Assembly (NCBI GenBank): GCA_947367055.1
Contig: CANBCI010000002.1
Coordinates: 78,005-142,004 of the forward strand
DNA length: 64,000 nt
From: an uncultured Alphaproteobacteria bacterium
GTDB lineage: Bacteria; Pseudomonadota; Alphaproteobacteria; Rs-D84
Direction of reading: 5' to 3'
A program made the translations under genes and the position numbers. The notes beneath the pieces are model-generated. The model was not told the origin of the DNA. It saw only the letters and a program-made list of their open reading frames with translations, and searched no databases. This document shows positions 62,020-64,000 of the stretch, piece by piece (within the stretch, counting starts at the first letter, position 1; each line of letters starts with the position of its first letter).

Positions 62020-62499
62020 TTAAAAATATTGTATGCTGTTAGCGCTATCAATGGTTTCCTTGTATTTGTTAACCATTGTTGAATACCTTGAATTGTCGGC
62101 ACATCTGTTTGCGCAGTCTTTTAAGCAGGCATCAGTTGTTGCATAGTTTGTGCTCCAACTAGAACTGTATCCGACAGAAACCCAGTTTGAAAGTGCCGGC
62201 CATGTCATTTTGCACCAGCAGTATATGTTTGATGTGGCCGGGTACATGGTTAGGCTTGTTGCGGTTGAGCCGGCTGCTGCGGTGCTGCCCTTGGTGGCGC
62301 TGCATGCCGCGATTCCCTGTATTCTTCGTTGGGTTTGGCTGCCTACGGGAATTTGTATAATCCAGTCGGAACCAGATTTAAGTATTATTTGTTGTGAGTT
62401 CACATTGTCTGGCGGGGTTAAATCTATGCATTCAATGGCGGCAATTGCGGGTTGGGTCGATAAGAATGCTATTGGTAGCATTGTTAATAGGTGTTTCAT
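62020..62499 (-). CDS. small secreted Cys-containing protein
   Basis: Signal peptide MKHLLTMLPIAFLSTQPAIA; 8 Cys; preceded by leader copy E and GGAGGA RBS. Confidence 0.45.
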   Translation of the reverse strand: MKHLLTMLPIAFLSTQPAIAAIECIDLTPPDNVNSQQIILKSGSDWIIQIPVGSQTQRRIQGIAACSATKGSTAAAGSTATSLTMYPATSNIYCWCKMTWPALSNWVSVGYSSSWSTNYATTDACLKDCANRCADNSRYSTMVNKYKETIDSANSIQYF

Positions 62500-62620
62500 G
62501 ATAAAATCCTCCGTTATGCTTGTTAATAAAAACCACCGTAAAATCAGGTGGTTGGAGGTTCGAAACTATAATCTGGTATAGCGGGTTTATTCGTTTGATA
62601 TTACACCCCCTCCAACCTAT
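62500..62620 (-). promoter_or_regulatory. conserved structured 5' leader, copy E
   Basis: Hairpin CCACCgtaaaatcaGGTGG 62533-51; GTTGGAGGTT 62551-60 pairs with CCTCCAACC 62609-17 (covarying stem); A-run 62526-32 gives U-run in gene orientation. Confidence 0.5.
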
Positions 62621-62854
62621 TTTCAGATTGGAGTTTTGTTTTTATATCCGCTTTGTCGGATATCCAGATTCAGAGGTTTCGACGCCCCAATGCAAAAACA
62701 CTTCGCATCAGTCAAAGTATAGCGCATTTCTTGATTGTTAATCAAGGATATAATGCAAATCCAATGGGATTTGTTATATAAAACGCTTGAATTTATGCGC
62801 GATTATGTCTAAAGTCATCATTGATTTAATTTTTTTAACCCATAGGAATAAAAA

Positions 62855-64000
62855 ATGGCGGACGATATACAGAAAATTCATGAACGCGAGGCGAAATGGC
62901 AAAAGCGCTGGGCCGAGGCGCGTGTCTTTACGCCAAAAAACGACGGCGCGAAAACACCGTTTTATATGCTGGCCGAATTCCCCTTCCCGTCTGGTTCCGG
63001 GCTGCATGGGGGGCATATGCTGAATTATACGGGGTGCGATGTCATGGCGCGTTTCCGCCGTATGCAGGGCTATGATGTTCTGTTCCCGCTGGGGTTTGAT
63101 TCTTTGGGGATTTCTGCGGAAAACTATGCGACAAAAATCGGGCGGCATCCGTCTGTTGTCGTTCGCGAATTGATTGAACGCTTTACTAAAAACATGATGG
63201 ATATGGGTTGGTCGATTGATTTGGAATCCCAGGTTGCGACATCGGATCCGGAATTTATCAAGTGGACCCAGTGGATGTTTATACGTTTCTTTAATGCGGG
63301 GCTGGCGTATAAATCAATGTTGCCGATGAATTGGTGTCCGAATTGTCGCACGACCTTGACCAATGAGGAATTGGAGGACGGCAAGTGCAACCGTTGCCAT
63401 GGCGAGGTTGAGGTTCGTGAAAAAATGCAGTGGAATCTGGCGATTACAAAGTATGCTGATAAATTGCTTGAAGATTTGAAATTGGTTGATTACCCGGAAA
63501 AAGTAAAGCGCGATCAGATAAACTGGATCGGCAAATCACAAGGTGCGGATGTTGATTTCAGGGTCGGCGAAGACATTATGACCGTATACACCACGCGTCC
63601 GGATACTATTTTTGGCGTTACGTTTTGCGCCATTGCGCCGGAACATAAATTATTGGCAAAATGGCTGAATGAGGGGCGCATTTCAAACGCCGATGAAGTT
63701 CGTGAATATATTCGTCGTTCGGCGGCAAAATCTGAAATTGACCGCACGGATGTGACCAAGGAAAAAACGGGCGTAAAATTGGAAGGCATAATGGCCGTAA
63801 ACCCGTTTACCGGTGACGAGATACCGGTCTTTGTGGCGGATTATGTTTTGGCGGGTTATGCGCACGGGACGATTATGGCGGTGCCGGCGCATGATAGTCG
63901 CGACTATGATTTCGCGAAAAAATTCAATTTGCCGATAATTCAAGTCTTGGCCGGCGGTGATGTTTCCGAGCATGCCTGGGAGGAAGACGGCCCGCATATA
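62855..64000 (+). CDS. leuS: leucine--tRNA ligase (N-terminal part; truncated by window end)
   Basis: HIGH region FPFPSGSGLHGGHMLNY, zinc-binding NWCPNCRTTLTNEELEDGKCNRCHGEV, TRPDT motif; no stop before position 64000. Confidence 0.85.
   Translation, partial: MADDIQKIHEREAKWQKRWAEARVFTPKNDGAKTPFYMLAEFPFPSGSGLHGGHMLNYTGCDVMARFRRMQGYDVLFPLGFDSLGISAENYATKIGRHPSVVVRELIERFTKNMMDMGWSIDLESQVATSDPEFIKWTQWMFIRFFNAGLAYKSMLPMNWCPNCRTTLTNEELEDGKCNRCHGEVEVREKMQWNLAITKYADKLLEDLKLVDYPEKVKRDQINWIGKSQGADVDFRVGEDIMTVYTTRPDTIFGVTFCAIAPEHKLLAKWLNEGRISNADEVREYIRRSAAKSEIDRTDVTKEKTGVKLEGIMAVNPFTGDEIPVFVADYVLAGYAHGTIMAVPAHDSRDYDFAKKFNLPIIQVLAGGDVSEHAWEEDGPHI

Overview
Alphaproteobacterial chromosomal segment, likely from a Rickettsiales/Holosporales-like intracellular organism. 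Housekeeping genes (rpsB-tsf, tyrS, ctpA, lptB, eno, ssb, rho, uvrA, rlmE, rnhA, tkt, hisS, prfA, aroK, mscL, leuS) are interleaved with surface and accessory genes. The accessory content comprises a pbpC / alpha-2-macroglobulin pair, two autotransporter-type outer-membrane proteins (one 1755 aa), several beta-barrel OMPs, and a family of small cysteine-rich secreted proteins. It also includes an AT-rich islet carrying a Dcm-type C5 DNA methyltransferase plus a signal-peptide-bearing staphylococcal-nuclease-domain protein, an APH-like kinase islet between tsf and tyrS, an orphan serine recombinase, a divergent ClpP paralog and a standalone Ffh M-domain gene. Two tRNAs are present, Pro-UGG and Arg-UCU. 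tRNA-Arg is followed by 2.5 tandem 161-bp repeats that each re-copy the tRNA 3' end (att-like). A 136-bp tandem duplication overlaps the uvrA start. The most interesting signal is a structured 5' leader present in five copies (compensatory base changes in the long-range stem across copies), each immediately upstream of a gene for an outer-membrane or secreted Cys-rich protein. It has a long-range stem (GUCGGGAGG...CCUCCCGAC) followed by a CACC-N-GGUGG hairpin and a U-run. This is a candidate undescribed cis-regulatory RNA controlling a surface-protein regulon.
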